DNA from: Promethearchaeota archaeon
GTDB lineage: Archaea; Asgardarchaeota; Lokiarchaeia; Sigyniarchaeales; SOKP01
Length of the DNA: 24,000 nt
Assembly: GCA_048938445.1 (NCBI GenBank)
Contig: JBHLME010000028.1
Span: 5,257 to 29,256, forward strand
Reading direction: 5' to 3'
Below, piece after piece: positions 15,143 through 23,580 of the stretch. A program made the position numbers and the translations under genes. The notes below the pieces were generated by a model that worked only from the letters and a program-made list of their open reading frames with translations, was not told the DNA's origin and ran no database searches. Within the stretch, counting starts at the first letter, position 1, and each line of letters opens with the position of its first letter.

Positions 15143-16051
15143 ATGGAAAAACAAAGAGAAAAACCAAAAGAAAAGGACAAGGAATTAATTGAGTTACAAA
15201 AAGAACTCCAAAGATTAAGAGAATTAAAGAGACAAAAAGAATTAAAAGCTTTAGAGGAGAGAAAAGCTCTAGAAGCCCAAGAAAAAGAGCAAATTCAAAA
15301 GAGTGAAGAATATCATCCTCAAGAACCGAGTACTGAAGCTGAAACCGAAGATGATGTTGAAAATAGATTGAATAAAATTAGTGATTTCATAACACATAGT
15401 TTGGGTGATATAGATGATCAAACATATGCAGAACATTCTGGGGCTATAGAATCTGAGCTACAAAGATTAGAAAAAGAGATAATTGGAGAAGCGGGATTAA
15501 TCGAAAAAGAATTATCTCCTTATGAAAAAATTGTAGAAGCTTACCCATGGCTGGAAGAAAAACGATATGAATTCATGTATACGATTCCACATCATAAAAA
15601 AAATCTAAATGATTATCAATCATGGCGAAAGGAATGGTCAAAAGTATTTTTTGATTATGCGAGATATGCAATTCTTCATATTATTTATATAAAGCAAATA
15701 GCTGCAGAAAAACCATTCTCAAAATTTGAAGACCGCCAGAAAGCAATAAAGGAAATTGCAGATGAATTGGTCACGCAAGGAATTGCGAAATTTTTAACTA
15801 AAAAACAAGAGATATTAAGAGTATATTGGAAGTCTCTTGATAGCTGGGCAGATGAGATATATAATTGGGCATATGATTTGGGTAAATTAGATCCGATAAT
15901 GCTATTTGAGATAAGAGATGCTAAGTTGGAATTCAGCACGCTTCCTAAGGAAGATTTAGAAGAAATTTTTAATATATTAGCACGAAATCAAAAAGCTAAA
16001 GTATTAAAACTTGAAGAAGGTCAAATAGCATTAAAAATAAAATTAGAATGA
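15143..16051 (+). CDS. ESCRT-II Vps25-like protein (tandem winged-helix C-terminal region) with a long charged coiled-coil N-terminal extension
   Basis: ATG 15143 lies 22 nt after the vps4 stop, on the same strand, so this looks like an operon. The track start at 15083 overlaps vps4 and is unlikely. The C-terminal roughly 175 aa follow the Vps25 layout: YPWLEEKRYEFMYTIPHH...YQSWRKEWSKVFFDYARYAILH, then IMLFEIRD...LPKEDLEEIFNILARNQKAKVLKLEEGQIALKIK (a WH2-like ending). The N-terminal roughly 125 aa are K/E-rich heptads. Confidence 0.7.
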   Translation: MEKQREKPKEKDKELIELQKELQRLRELKRQKELKALEERKALEAQEKEQIQKSEEYHPQEPSTEAETEDDVENRLNKISDFITHSLGDIDDQTYAEHSGAIESELQRLEKEIIGEAGLIEKELSPYEKIVEAYPWLEEKRYEFMYTIPHHKKNLNDYQSWRKEWSKVFFDYARYAILHIIYIKQIAAEKPFSKFEDRQKAIKEIADELVTQGIAKFLTKKQEILRVYWKSLDSWADEIYNWAYDLGKLDPIMLFEIRDAKLEFSTLPKEDLEEIFNILARNQKAKVLKLEEGQIALKIKLE

Positions 16052-16067
16052 ATATTTTCTGCTTTTT

Positions 16068-16781
16068 TTATATTGAAGGAAATGACCATTGTTTTCCTTT
16101 TAATAGTGATTCAGTATATTTAGCAGCTCCAGATTCCTCAAGAGAGTTTAATGCTCTTAATGCTCGATCTTGGGACCAATCTAGTGTAGTACAAACCTCT
16201 TCTAATGAAACATATCCTTTTTCTTTGGCTAAATCCATTATTTTTACCTGATCACTTGTATATTGAATTGGAAAAAAGTGTATGAATAGTGCACCTGATT
16301 CTAATTGCTTAATATCCTCAATAACATTGGTTTTTTTCAAGATTCTCATTGATTTAGTTAAATCCCTGATATCAAAGTTATTCTTCAGACTTCCAGTATT
16401 TACTAAGTCAAAAACTTCTGAAATTGGCACTATTCCCCCAGTTTCTTCTTTATGCATTAAAACTCTCTGATATGCTAACATGCCTAGTTTCTCAAGATCA
16501 ATTTTATTTTTTGCATCAAATACATCGTTTTCTTTAATCTGCTCTGTTATGATTCGTGATGTAGGAATGTTATATTTTTCCCTTAATGTTTTAACCTCTT
16601 GTTTCAATTCAGGAGTTAGTGCTAAAATAACGCCGTGCTTTTTTGCTAAATCAATAAGTCTCTCTTTAGTGAAATTTTCTGCAGATGCTTTAGCTTTAAT
16701 CTCTTTTATTCTTAATTCTGCTGCTCTTTTGCGCATTGCTTCTTTTAGATCAATATCATCTTCAATTTTTCGAATACCCAT
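16068..16781 (-). CDS. ESCRT-II EAP30-domain protein (Vps22/Vps36-like)
   Basis: The sequence ETGGIVPISEVFDLVNTGSLKNNFDIRDLTKSMRILKK...LESGALFI... followed by DQVKIMDLAKEKGYVSLEEVCTTLDWSQDRALRALNSLEESGAAKY fits the two winged-helix repeats of the EAP30 family. The N-terminus is a basic helix (RKRAAELRIKEIKAK). Confidence 0.8.
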   Translation of the reverse strand: MGIRKIEDDIDLKEAMRKRAAELRIKEIKAKASAENFTKERLIDLAKKHGVILALTPELKQEVKTLREKYNIPTSRIITEQIKENDVFDAKNKIDLEKLGMLAYQRVLMHKEETGGIVPISEVFDLVNTGSLKNNFDIRDLTKSMRILKKTNVIEDIKQLESGALFIHFFPIQYTSDQVKIMDLAKEKGYVSLEEVCTTLDWSQDRALRALNSLEESGAAKYTESLLKGKQWSFPSI

Positions 16782-16860
16782 ACTATTGATAAAATCTATT
16801 AATTTATTTTCTTACTGATTATATAATAATTATCCCTTTTTTAGTTTATTTTTATCGATA

Positions 16861-17442
16861 ATGAATAAAATAAGAAATTTTAGAAAAATAAATCAAATTG
16901 AAAGGAAGATTGTCCATTCTTCACTTTTGAAGATGTCCCCAAAAATAATTTCATTTTTAAATGAAATTCGGTTTGAATTATTTATTGAATTAATTAATTC
17001 GAGCTCTAATGGTAAATTTCCCTTGATTTATTTAGTCCCAAGTGAAATTATTGAGATTATCAATAAAATTCAGTTTGAGAATAATATTAAATCTTCAGGT
17101 TTATATTTTGGAATGATAAAAAAAGGGGATTTTTACATAAGCTTAGAAGCTGTAGAATTTTTGGATTCATTTGACTGTTTCCCCGATAAAAGTAAAGTAC
17201 AAGTTAATAATGAAGGGGAAAAATCAATACTTTATGGAAATCAAATTTTAAAAAAAGATATTTTAAAAATTTCACCCAAATTAACGAAAGATGAGTTTTT
17301 ATTAATTTTCAATGAGTCTAACGAAATAATTGCTATTGCAAAATCTAAAGTGAATTATTTGGAAAGCAAGCAACTTGAACCCAATGGAATTATCGCTCTT
17401 AATTTAGTAGATAAAGGATATTATTTGAGAAGACAATCCTAA
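16861..17442 (+). CDS. NIP7-like pre-PUA/PUA domain RNA-binding protein
   Basis: GEKSILYGNQILKKDILKISPKLTKDEFLLIFNESNEIIAIAKSK and the C-terminal LVDKGYYLRR parallel the eukaryotic NIP7 segments (SFLYGNHVLKSGLGRITEN...VVVYSM...PLGFG.AAKS and ADIGEYVR). Confidence 0.8.
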   Translation: MNKIRNFRKINQIERKIVHSSLLKMSPKIISFLNEIRFELFIELINSSSNGKFPLIYLVPSEIIEIINKIQFENNIKSSGLYFGMIKKGDFYISLEAVEFLDSFDCFPDKSKVQVNNEGEKSILYGNQILKKDILKISPKLTKDEFLLIFNESNEIIAIAKSKVNYLESKQLEPNGIIALNLVDKGYYLRRQS

Positions 17443-17483
17443 TATTTGTTAATTATATTAGATTAAATCTAAAGTGCTAAATT

Positions 17484-18395
17484 TTAGCTTTTTTCTAATA
17501 AACATAGAAAAAATCCGATAGTTTCATGAATATGAGGATATATTCTTTGAGTAAGATTTAAAGATTTGTTTAACTTCTTTCCATACACTTTTGTTAATCC
17601 TTCGATTCCATATTGATTTGATAGTTTTTTAATTGAAATGTCCGAATTTTCTTGTAAAATTTTATTGATTACTAATTCATTTTCTTCTGGAGCTATAGAA
17701 CAGGTGCAATATAGCATAAGCCCTCCAGAGTGCATTGCATCTAATCCTGCGTTTAATAATTTTGTTTGTAATGAAGCCATTTTTTCTATATCTTTCATGG
17801 TTTTACTTTTTTTCCTATTTGGATCGGTTTTAATTAATCCTTCGCCAGTACAGGGTGCATCTAAAAGTATTTTATCAGGTTTGATTTTAAAATGGGAAAT
17901 GTTTACTGCATCACTATGAAGAACAACAGAATTAAAGATACCCATTCTTCTCAAGTTCATCTTTAATGCAGAAATTCTTTCTTTTTTTTTTTCTATCAGA
18001 ATTAATTTTCCTTGGTTGTTCATTATTTGTGCTAGATGTGTTGATTTACTCCCTGGTGCCGCACACATATCGATTACAACTTCATTAGATTGTGGATTCA
18101 GAATCAATGGAGGGAGCATTGATGCTTTATTCTGAAGATAGTAATATCCTTGCAAAAATTCATGAAGTGATCCTAAATTACTGGTTTTTTTAATTACTTT
18201 AAATCCACATGGAATTTCTATAATTGGTTCTAATTTAAAACCTTTTTTTTCCAATCTAGTTCTTAATTTATCTTGTGAAATTTTCAAGGTATTTACTCGT
18301 ATAGTTGGTATCAAAGGTTCCTCGTTAGCTTCTAATAATTTGATAGTTTCATCTAATCCTAAAAAATCAAGATATCTCTCAATCATATATGGCAA
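17484..18395 (-). CDS. NOL1/NOP2/Sun-family RNA (cytosine-C5)-methyltransferase
   Basis: SAM-binding motif DMCAAPGSKSTHLAQ. Motif IV is LLDAPCTGEG and motif VI is YCTCSIAPEENE. The N-terminal IRVNTLKI is typical of the family. The track start is TTG 18395. Family-like sequence continues in frame upstream to 18452, and an ATG lies at 18462 in another frame (see findings). Confidence 0.9.
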   Translation of the reverse strand: MPYMIERYLDFLGLDETIKLLEANEEPLIPTIRVNTLKISQDKLRTRLEKKGFKLEPIIEIPCGFKVIKKTSNLGSLHEFLQGYYYLQNKASMLPPLILNPQSNEVVIDMCAAPGSKSTHLAQIMNNQGKLILIEKKKERISALKMNLRRMGIFNSVVLHSDAVNISHFKIKPDKILLDAPCTGEGLIKTDPNRKKSKTMKDIEKMASLQTKLLNAGLDAMHSGGLMLYCTCSIAPEENELVINKILQENSDISIKKLSNQYGIEGLTKVYGKKLNKSLNLTQRIYPHIHETIGFFLCLLEKS

Positions 18396-18541
18396 ATATC
18401 CATATTTTTCTGAAAGTTCCTTAACTTCATAGTCATCTTGAGAGATTAGCTTTCAACTCCATTTAAATCCGCTAGTAATTAATATAAATAAATAGAAACT
18501 TAATAATAATTATTATCTTTAATTTTAAATAACAATTTAGT

Positions 18542-19147
18542 ATGATTGAAGTCGAAATAAAAGTCTTGATTAACAATCCAGATGAAATTAGAAAACAATT
18601 TGAACTTAAACAAGGACTTTATAAGTGTTCCTTAATTCACGAAGATACTTATTATAACATGCCTCGCGGATTAAGAGACTTCAGAAAATCAGATGAAGCA
18701 TTAAGAATTCGTAAATCAGTTGAGTTTAATAAACATGAGGAAATTCCTAATAAAAAAACTAAGTATTATTTAACTTATAAGGGTGCAAAATTTAATAAAG
18801 AAACAAAAACAAGAAAAGAATTAGAATCTTTGATACAAGATGGAGAAAAGATTAAAGAAATATTAAATTTATTAGGATTTAGAAAAATATTTACCGTAAA
18901 AAAGGAAAGGGAATTATTCTTTCTAACATTTAAAAATCATCAAATCGAAGCTTTAATAGATTTCATTCCCATTTTAAAGCAATATTTTATTGAAGTTGAG
19001 TATCAAGCAGAAACTAAAGAGAGAATTAGTGAAGTTCAAGAAATTCTCTTTAATTTCTTAGAATCTCTTGGTATAAAACGTGAGAGATCGATAATAAAGT
19101 CATATTTAGAGTTAATTGCAGAAAAAATAGGATTAAGAGAAAAATAG
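18542..19147 (+). CDS. CYTH-domain protein (CyaB-like class IV adenylyl cyclase / triphosphate tunnel metalloenzyme)
   Basis: The N-terminal EXEXK signature is MIEVEIKV. Other family patterns are EALRIRK, YLTYKG, TRKELE and FIEVEY. The length of about 200 aa fits. Confidence 0.8.
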   Translation: MIEVEIKVLINNPDEIRKQFELKQGLYKCSLIHEDTYYNMPRGLRDFRKSDEALRIRKSVEFNKHEEIPNKKTKYYLTYKGAKFNKETKTRKELESLIQDGEKIKEILNLLGFRKIFTVKKERELFFLTFKNHQIEALIDFIPILKQYFIEVEYQAETKERISEVQEILFNFLESLGIKRERSIIKSYLELIAEKIGLREK

Positions 19148-19154
19148 AAATTAT

Positions 19155-20291
19155 CTATTTAATACTATTCTTTACTGTTTCATGATGGCAAAAAGTGATA
19201 TTTCTGTTATCAGGAGTTATTAATTTTATTCCTTTTAATACCTCTACGGTGGATGCCAAAATCACCAAAGCTTCCTCATTTCCTATCAGTTCTACGTTAT
19301 CTTCAACCCTGCAATTATCACCGATAATAGCCTTTTCAATTTTCACGTTTTTTCCAATATAAGTCTTATCATATATCACAGAATCTCTGATTTTTGCACT
19401 ACTTTCAATAAAGACATTATCTCCTATTATTGCATTTGGTCCTATTTCACACCCATACCTTATCATTGCATGATCTCCAATTGTCACGGGAGGATTTATT
19501 GTAATATTTCCCTCATACTGAACATTATTAGAGATCAGATTCTCTTTTTTACCGTTCGCGTCTTTGATTAAAGAATTCATTAAAAGAATATTTCCTTCGA
19601 GTAAATCTTTTGGTTTACCTATATCACGCCAAATACCTTTAATAGAATAATTATATAGCTTGCCATCTCGTGCTAATTTTGGAAATACATCCTTTTCTAT
19701 AGATACTTTTGTATTTGCATCTATAAATGAAAAGATTTCTGGTTCTAAGATATATATACCAGCATTTACAGGCATGGGAACTTGTTTTCCTTCAGGATGA
19801 TTATATTTTTCTTTTTCTAGGAATTTCAAAATCTTCTCATTAGCATTATCTACAATCAAAACACCATACCTCGAAGGATCCTGGACTACTTGACTGCCAA
19901 TAGTAACGATCCCGCCAGTTTTTTTATGAAAGGTTAGCATTTCATTGAATTCGAAATTTAATACCTCATCACCATTTATCATGAAAAAATTATCATCTCG
20001 TAGGTAATATTCTGCTAATTTTAAAGCACCGCCTGTCCCCATGGGTTTTTCTTCGTCAGTGTAATGAATTTTTATGCCTAATTCTGTACCATCTTTAAAA
20101 TAATTTTTTAAAGCATCTGCCATGACACTTACTGCTAGTACTATTTCTTTAACTCCCGCAGATTTTAAAAGTATCATTAATCTCTCAATTACTGGTTTGT
20201 TCACTACAGGAATTAACGTCTTGGGTAATGCACAGGTAAGAGGGCGTAATCTAGTGCCCCAACCACCAGATAGAATAATCGCTTTTGTCAT
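19155..20291 (-). CDS. NDP-sugar pyrophosphorylase, mannose-1-phosphate guanylyltransferase-like (nucleotidyltransferase + left-handed beta-helix)
   Basis: The N-terminal AIILSGGWGTRLRPLTCALPKTLIPVVNKP is the G-x-G-T-R-L-x-P-L-T signature. The C-terminal third carries hexapeptide-repeat periodicity (IGDHAMI, IGPNAII, IGDNVFI, IGKNVKI, IGDNCRV). Confidence 0.85.
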   Translation of the reverse strand: MTKAIILSGGWGTRLRPLTCALPKTLIPVVNKPVIERLMILLKSAGVKEIVLAVSVMADALKNYFKDGTELGIKIHYTDEEKPMGTGGALKLAEYYLRDDNFFMINGDEVLNFEFNEMLTFHKKTGGIVTIGSQVVQDPSRYGVLIVDNANEKILKFLEKEKYNHPEGKQVPMPVNAGIYILEPEIFSFIDANTKVSIEKDVFPKLARDGKLYNYSIKGIWRDIGKPKDLLEGNILLMNSLIKDANGKKENLISNNVQYEGNITINPPVTIGDHAMIRYGCEIGPNAIIGDNVFIESSAKIRDSVIYDKTYIGKNVKIEKAIIGDNCRVEDNVELIGNEEALVILASTVEVLKGIKLITPDNRNITFCHHETVKNSIK

Positions 20292-20545
20292 GAAAATCTT
20301 AAGTTATATATTTTTAATATTCAATGAAGGTAAAACATAAAAAAATATTAATTATATATCATTTAAGACCCTTTATTAATTTAAACACTCATTTTGTCAT
20401 TTTATAAATTATCATCAGAATTTTTAATAGACATGAAACCTATTAAGATAATATTACTATTAGAAGATTCTATATCTTTTCAAAAAAGAATTTATAATGT
20501 AATAAATTAAAATTATTCAAAAAAGAAAAAAATTAATGATCATTA

Positions 20546-20917
20546 ATGATATGTATTCACGGTTTAGATGATAACAATTGTCCAATTTGCCGAATTAATG
20601 CTTCAACAATTCCTAAAGATTCAATCAAGATCTATGAACTTCATGTTAACGAATTAAAACCTTATTATCATGAATCAACATTAAAAGCAGATACAGTTGA
20701 CAAGATTAACTCAAAAACAAATCGTCATAAATCATTATTAAAAATGACGTCAATAAATCCCGTTCCCGAAGCTAAAACATTGAATGAACTACCAAATTTT
20801 GAAAATAAGATGTTTCAAGAGAGATTAAATGAATTAAGTTTTGATAAATCAGACAAGATTAAACTTTTGAAAAAAATATCTCTTGAAAGCCCAGAATGGA
20901 AATTTGAAGAGAAATAA
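20546..20917 (+). CDS. Hypothetical protein with an N-terminal Cys/His metal-knuckle motif (123 aa)
   Basis: ATG-started, non-overlapping ORF. The N-terminus is MICIHGLDDNNCPIC (C-x-H-x7-C-x2-C). The remainder is polar or helical with no recognised family. Confidence 0.45.
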   Translation: MICIHGLDDNNCPICRINASTIPKDSIKIYELHVNELKPYYHESTLKADTVDKINSKTNRHKSLLKMTSINPVPEAKTLNELPNFENKMFQERLNELSFDKSDKIKLLKKISLESPEWKFEEK

Positions 20918-21024
20918 AATTTTTTTTTGATATAGAAATACATTCTATTTATAATAGCTATAATTATAAATCTTTAAATCTTAATATAAAGATAAGTTTT
21001 TAATATATATTATGAGGTGGTTCC

Positions 21025-21660
21025 TTGCAGATTACGTGGTTAGGACATGCTGCGTTCAAAATTAAAACAAATAATGGAAAAATAATCTTTTTAGATCCTT
21101 TTCAACTTTCTGAAGATGAAGAAAAAGCAGATATAATAATATCAACTCATATCCATGGAGATCATTTTTCGAGATTAGATATTAAAAAGATTTTGAAAGA
21201 GGATACTTTCTTATTAGGTCCTAAAAGTGAAGAGGATAAACTGTCAAAATTAAATGGAAGAGGATTGAATTTAAACGAGCCGATGGAAATAGATGAAATA
21301 AAAATTGAATTAGTTCCTTCATATACAATAATAAGGGGCACCCATCCTAAATCAAATGAATGGGCGGGTATTATAATTGAAGTTGAAGGTAAAAGAATAT
21401 ATCACGCAGGAGATACCGAACGCATTCCTGAAATGAAAGATCTCGCTCAAAAAAATATAACTGTAGCACTCCTACCTTGTGGAGGTCAATTTACCATGGA
21501 TTTTGAAATGTCTACTGATTGTGCTCTTGATATTAAACCAGAAATAGTAGTCCCAATGCATTCTTGGGGAGCAAATCTATCAGAATATAAAGAATTAATG
21601 GAGAGTAAAGATTCTAGCATTAAAGTTGAAATTTTAGAAAATAAATTATTAGAAATTTAA
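21025..21660 (+). CDS. Metallo-beta-lactamase-fold metal-dependent hydrolase (UPF0173-like)
   Basis: MQITWLGHAAFKIKTNNGKIIFLDPF and STHIHGDH (the H-x-H-x-D-H motif), followed later by YHAGDT. The apparent start codon is TTG. Confidence 0.8.
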   Translation: MQITWLGHAAFKIKTNNGKIIFLDPFQLSEDEEKADIIISTHIHGDHFSRLDIKKILKEDTFLLGPKSEEDKLSKLNGRGLNLNEPMEIDEIKIELVPSYTIIRGTHPKSNEWAGIIIEVEGKRIYHAGDTERIPEMKDLAQKNITVALLPCGGQFTMDFEMSTDCALDIKPEIVVPMHSWGANLSEYKELMESKDSSIKVEILENKLLEI

Positions 21661-21807
21661 TGAAAATCCTTTATTTAATTACCTATCGCTTTTTAATTTA
21701 TTTTATCCAAAATTTAACTTATAAATAATAATGAAACTGTTAAATTCATATAAAGATATAAAAATATTATAATAAAAAATAATTAAACATCAAAAGTTTG
21801 AGGTATC

Positions 21808-23520
21808 ATGGAATTAGATGACAATCTTATGGAAAATACCATGGTCGCATATATTTCAATGGAGATTGCGTTGGATAGTAATATTCCCACCTATAGCGGA
21901 GGTTTGGGTGTTCTTTCTGGTGATACAGTGAGATCGGCAGCAGATTTAGAAATCCCCATGGTAGCACTATGCTTATGTTATAGTTCAGGTTATTTTTATC
22001 AACTATTTAATGAAAGTGGGGAACAAAAAGAGAAGGAGATTGAATGGAACTTTTTTTTTGAATTTGAGAAAGTTGCGGAACCCATTTCTATGAAAATCGA
22101 AGATAAAGATGTTTTGGTTTCCGCTTGGCTTTATAAAGTTATTGGTCAATCAGGTCACATCATTCCCGTTTATTTACTTACAACCGACGTTGAAGGAAAC
22201 GAGGAATGGATGAAAAAAATGACAGGTTCATTATACGATTCGACATCACGATGGAATAGAATAGTTCAGGAAATGATATTAGGAATAGGCGGAGTAAAAT
22301 TATTAAAATCACTTGGTTATACAAATATTAAAACTATTCATCTTAATGAAGGACATGGTTCTTTCGCAGCCCTTGAATTATTACAAGAATGTGGAGGAGA
22401 TATTGAAAAAGTTAAGGAAAAAGTTGTATTTACCACCCACACACCTGTACCCGCAGGACATGATAAATTTTCATATGACTTAGTAGATAAAGTATTTCGA
22501 GACCGTATTCCTAAAAATATAAAGGATATAGCAGGTAAAGATGAATTAAACATGACCGTATTGGCTTTAAATCTAAGTCGTTATTGTAATGGTGTTGCAA
22601 AGAAACATGGAGAAATTTCGAGAGAAATGTTTCCTAATTATGAGATAGATCATATTACAAATGGTATTCATCTTCCATTTTGGATTTCAAAACCAATGCG
22701 TAAGATATTCAGCAGAAAATGGCCTAATTGGAGAGTAAATCCTTCCCTCCTTCAAAATGCTCTTGAATTAGATGATTTAGATGTGTTTGATGCTCATATT
22801 GCAAATAAATTTAACTTAATTAGTTATCAAAAAGGACATTCATGGAATTTACTTGATGAAGAACTCATTACAATAGGCTTTGCGCGAAGATTCGCAACTT
22901 ATAAACGTGCAACTCTTCTTTTTCATGATATTGACAGATTAGGTAAAATCTGTCATGGAAGGATACAATTTATCTTTGCAGGAAAGGCCCACCCTAAAGA
23001 CCAAATGGGAAAAGATTATATAAAAAAAATATTTGAATCAGGTGAATATTTGTATGACAATTATGGTGTGAAGGTCGTCCTCATGGAAAATTATAACATG
23101 GACTTGGCACACATGCTCGTGTCTGGTGTGGATATATGGCTCAACACGCCTAACCGTTATCGTGAAGCAAGTGGAACTAGTGGGATGAAAGCAGCGTTGA
23201 ATGGTGTTTTAAATCTAAGCGTATTAGATGGTTGGTGGCTTGAAGCATATAAAATGAATCCTTTAGCCGGATGGGCAATAGGATCAGATGATTCCGATCC
23301 TAAAGCTTTAGAGAACAATTGGGAAACGGATTCTAATTATATTTATGATCTTTTAGAAAAAAAAGTAATTCCTTCTTACATGGATCATGATGATTGGATT
23401 TTCAGGCAAAAAAATGCAATATCTTTGGCCGCATTTTTTAATACTCATAGAATGGTTGAGGAATATGCAGACAAAGCCTATGGCTTAAAAAGACAAAGAC
23501 CTTGGAAATACTTGAGATAA
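21808..23520 (+). CDS. glgP: Alpha-glucan (glycogen/maltodextrin) phosphorylase, GT35 archaeal short type
   Basis: The N-terminal region is AYISMEIALDSNIPTYSGGLGVLSGDTVRSAADL. The pyridoxal-phosphate lysine region is EASGTSGMKAALNGVLNLSVLDGWW. A T7 run follows the stop. Confidence 0.9.
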   Translation: MELDDNLMENTMVAYISMEIALDSNIPTYSGGLGVLSGDTVRSAADLEIPMVALCLCYSSGYFYQLFNESGEQKEKEIEWNFFFEFEKVAEPISMKIEDKDVLVSAWLYKVIGQSGHIIPVYLLTTDVEGNEEWMKKMTGSLYDSTSRWNRIVQEMILGIGGVKLLKSLGYTNIKTIHLNEGHGSFAALELLQECGGDIEKVKEKVVFTTHTPVPAGHDKFSYDLVDKVFRDRIPKNIKDIAGKDELNMTVLALNLSRYCNGVAKKHGEISREMFPNYEIDHITNGIHLPFWISKPMRKIFSRKWPNWRVNPSLLQNALELDDLDVFDAHIANKFNLISYQKGHSWNLLDEELITIGFARRFATYKRATLLFHDIDRLGKICHGRIQFIFAGKAHPKDQMGKDYIKKIFESGEYLYDNYGVKVVLMENYNMDLAHMLVSGVDIWLNTPNRYREASGTSGMKAALNGVLNLSVLDGWWLEAYKMNPLAGWAIGSDDSDPKALENNWETDSNYIYDLLEKKVIPSYMDHDDWIFRQKNAISLAAFFNTHRMVEEYADKAYGLKRQRPWKYLR

Positions 23521-23580
23521 AATCTTTTTTTCCCTTATTCCTATATTTTATATTTTAGTGATTTTGGTATTTTTTATTTA

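Noticed and set aside
15685-16818. Track ORFs 15685-15939 (-), 16048-16251 (+), 16282-16470 (+) and 16480-16818 (+)
   Set aside because: Each is antisense to the Vps25-like or EAP30 genes. The translations are Ser/Phe/Ile-rich with no motifs, while the opposite-strand proteins have clear family resemblance.
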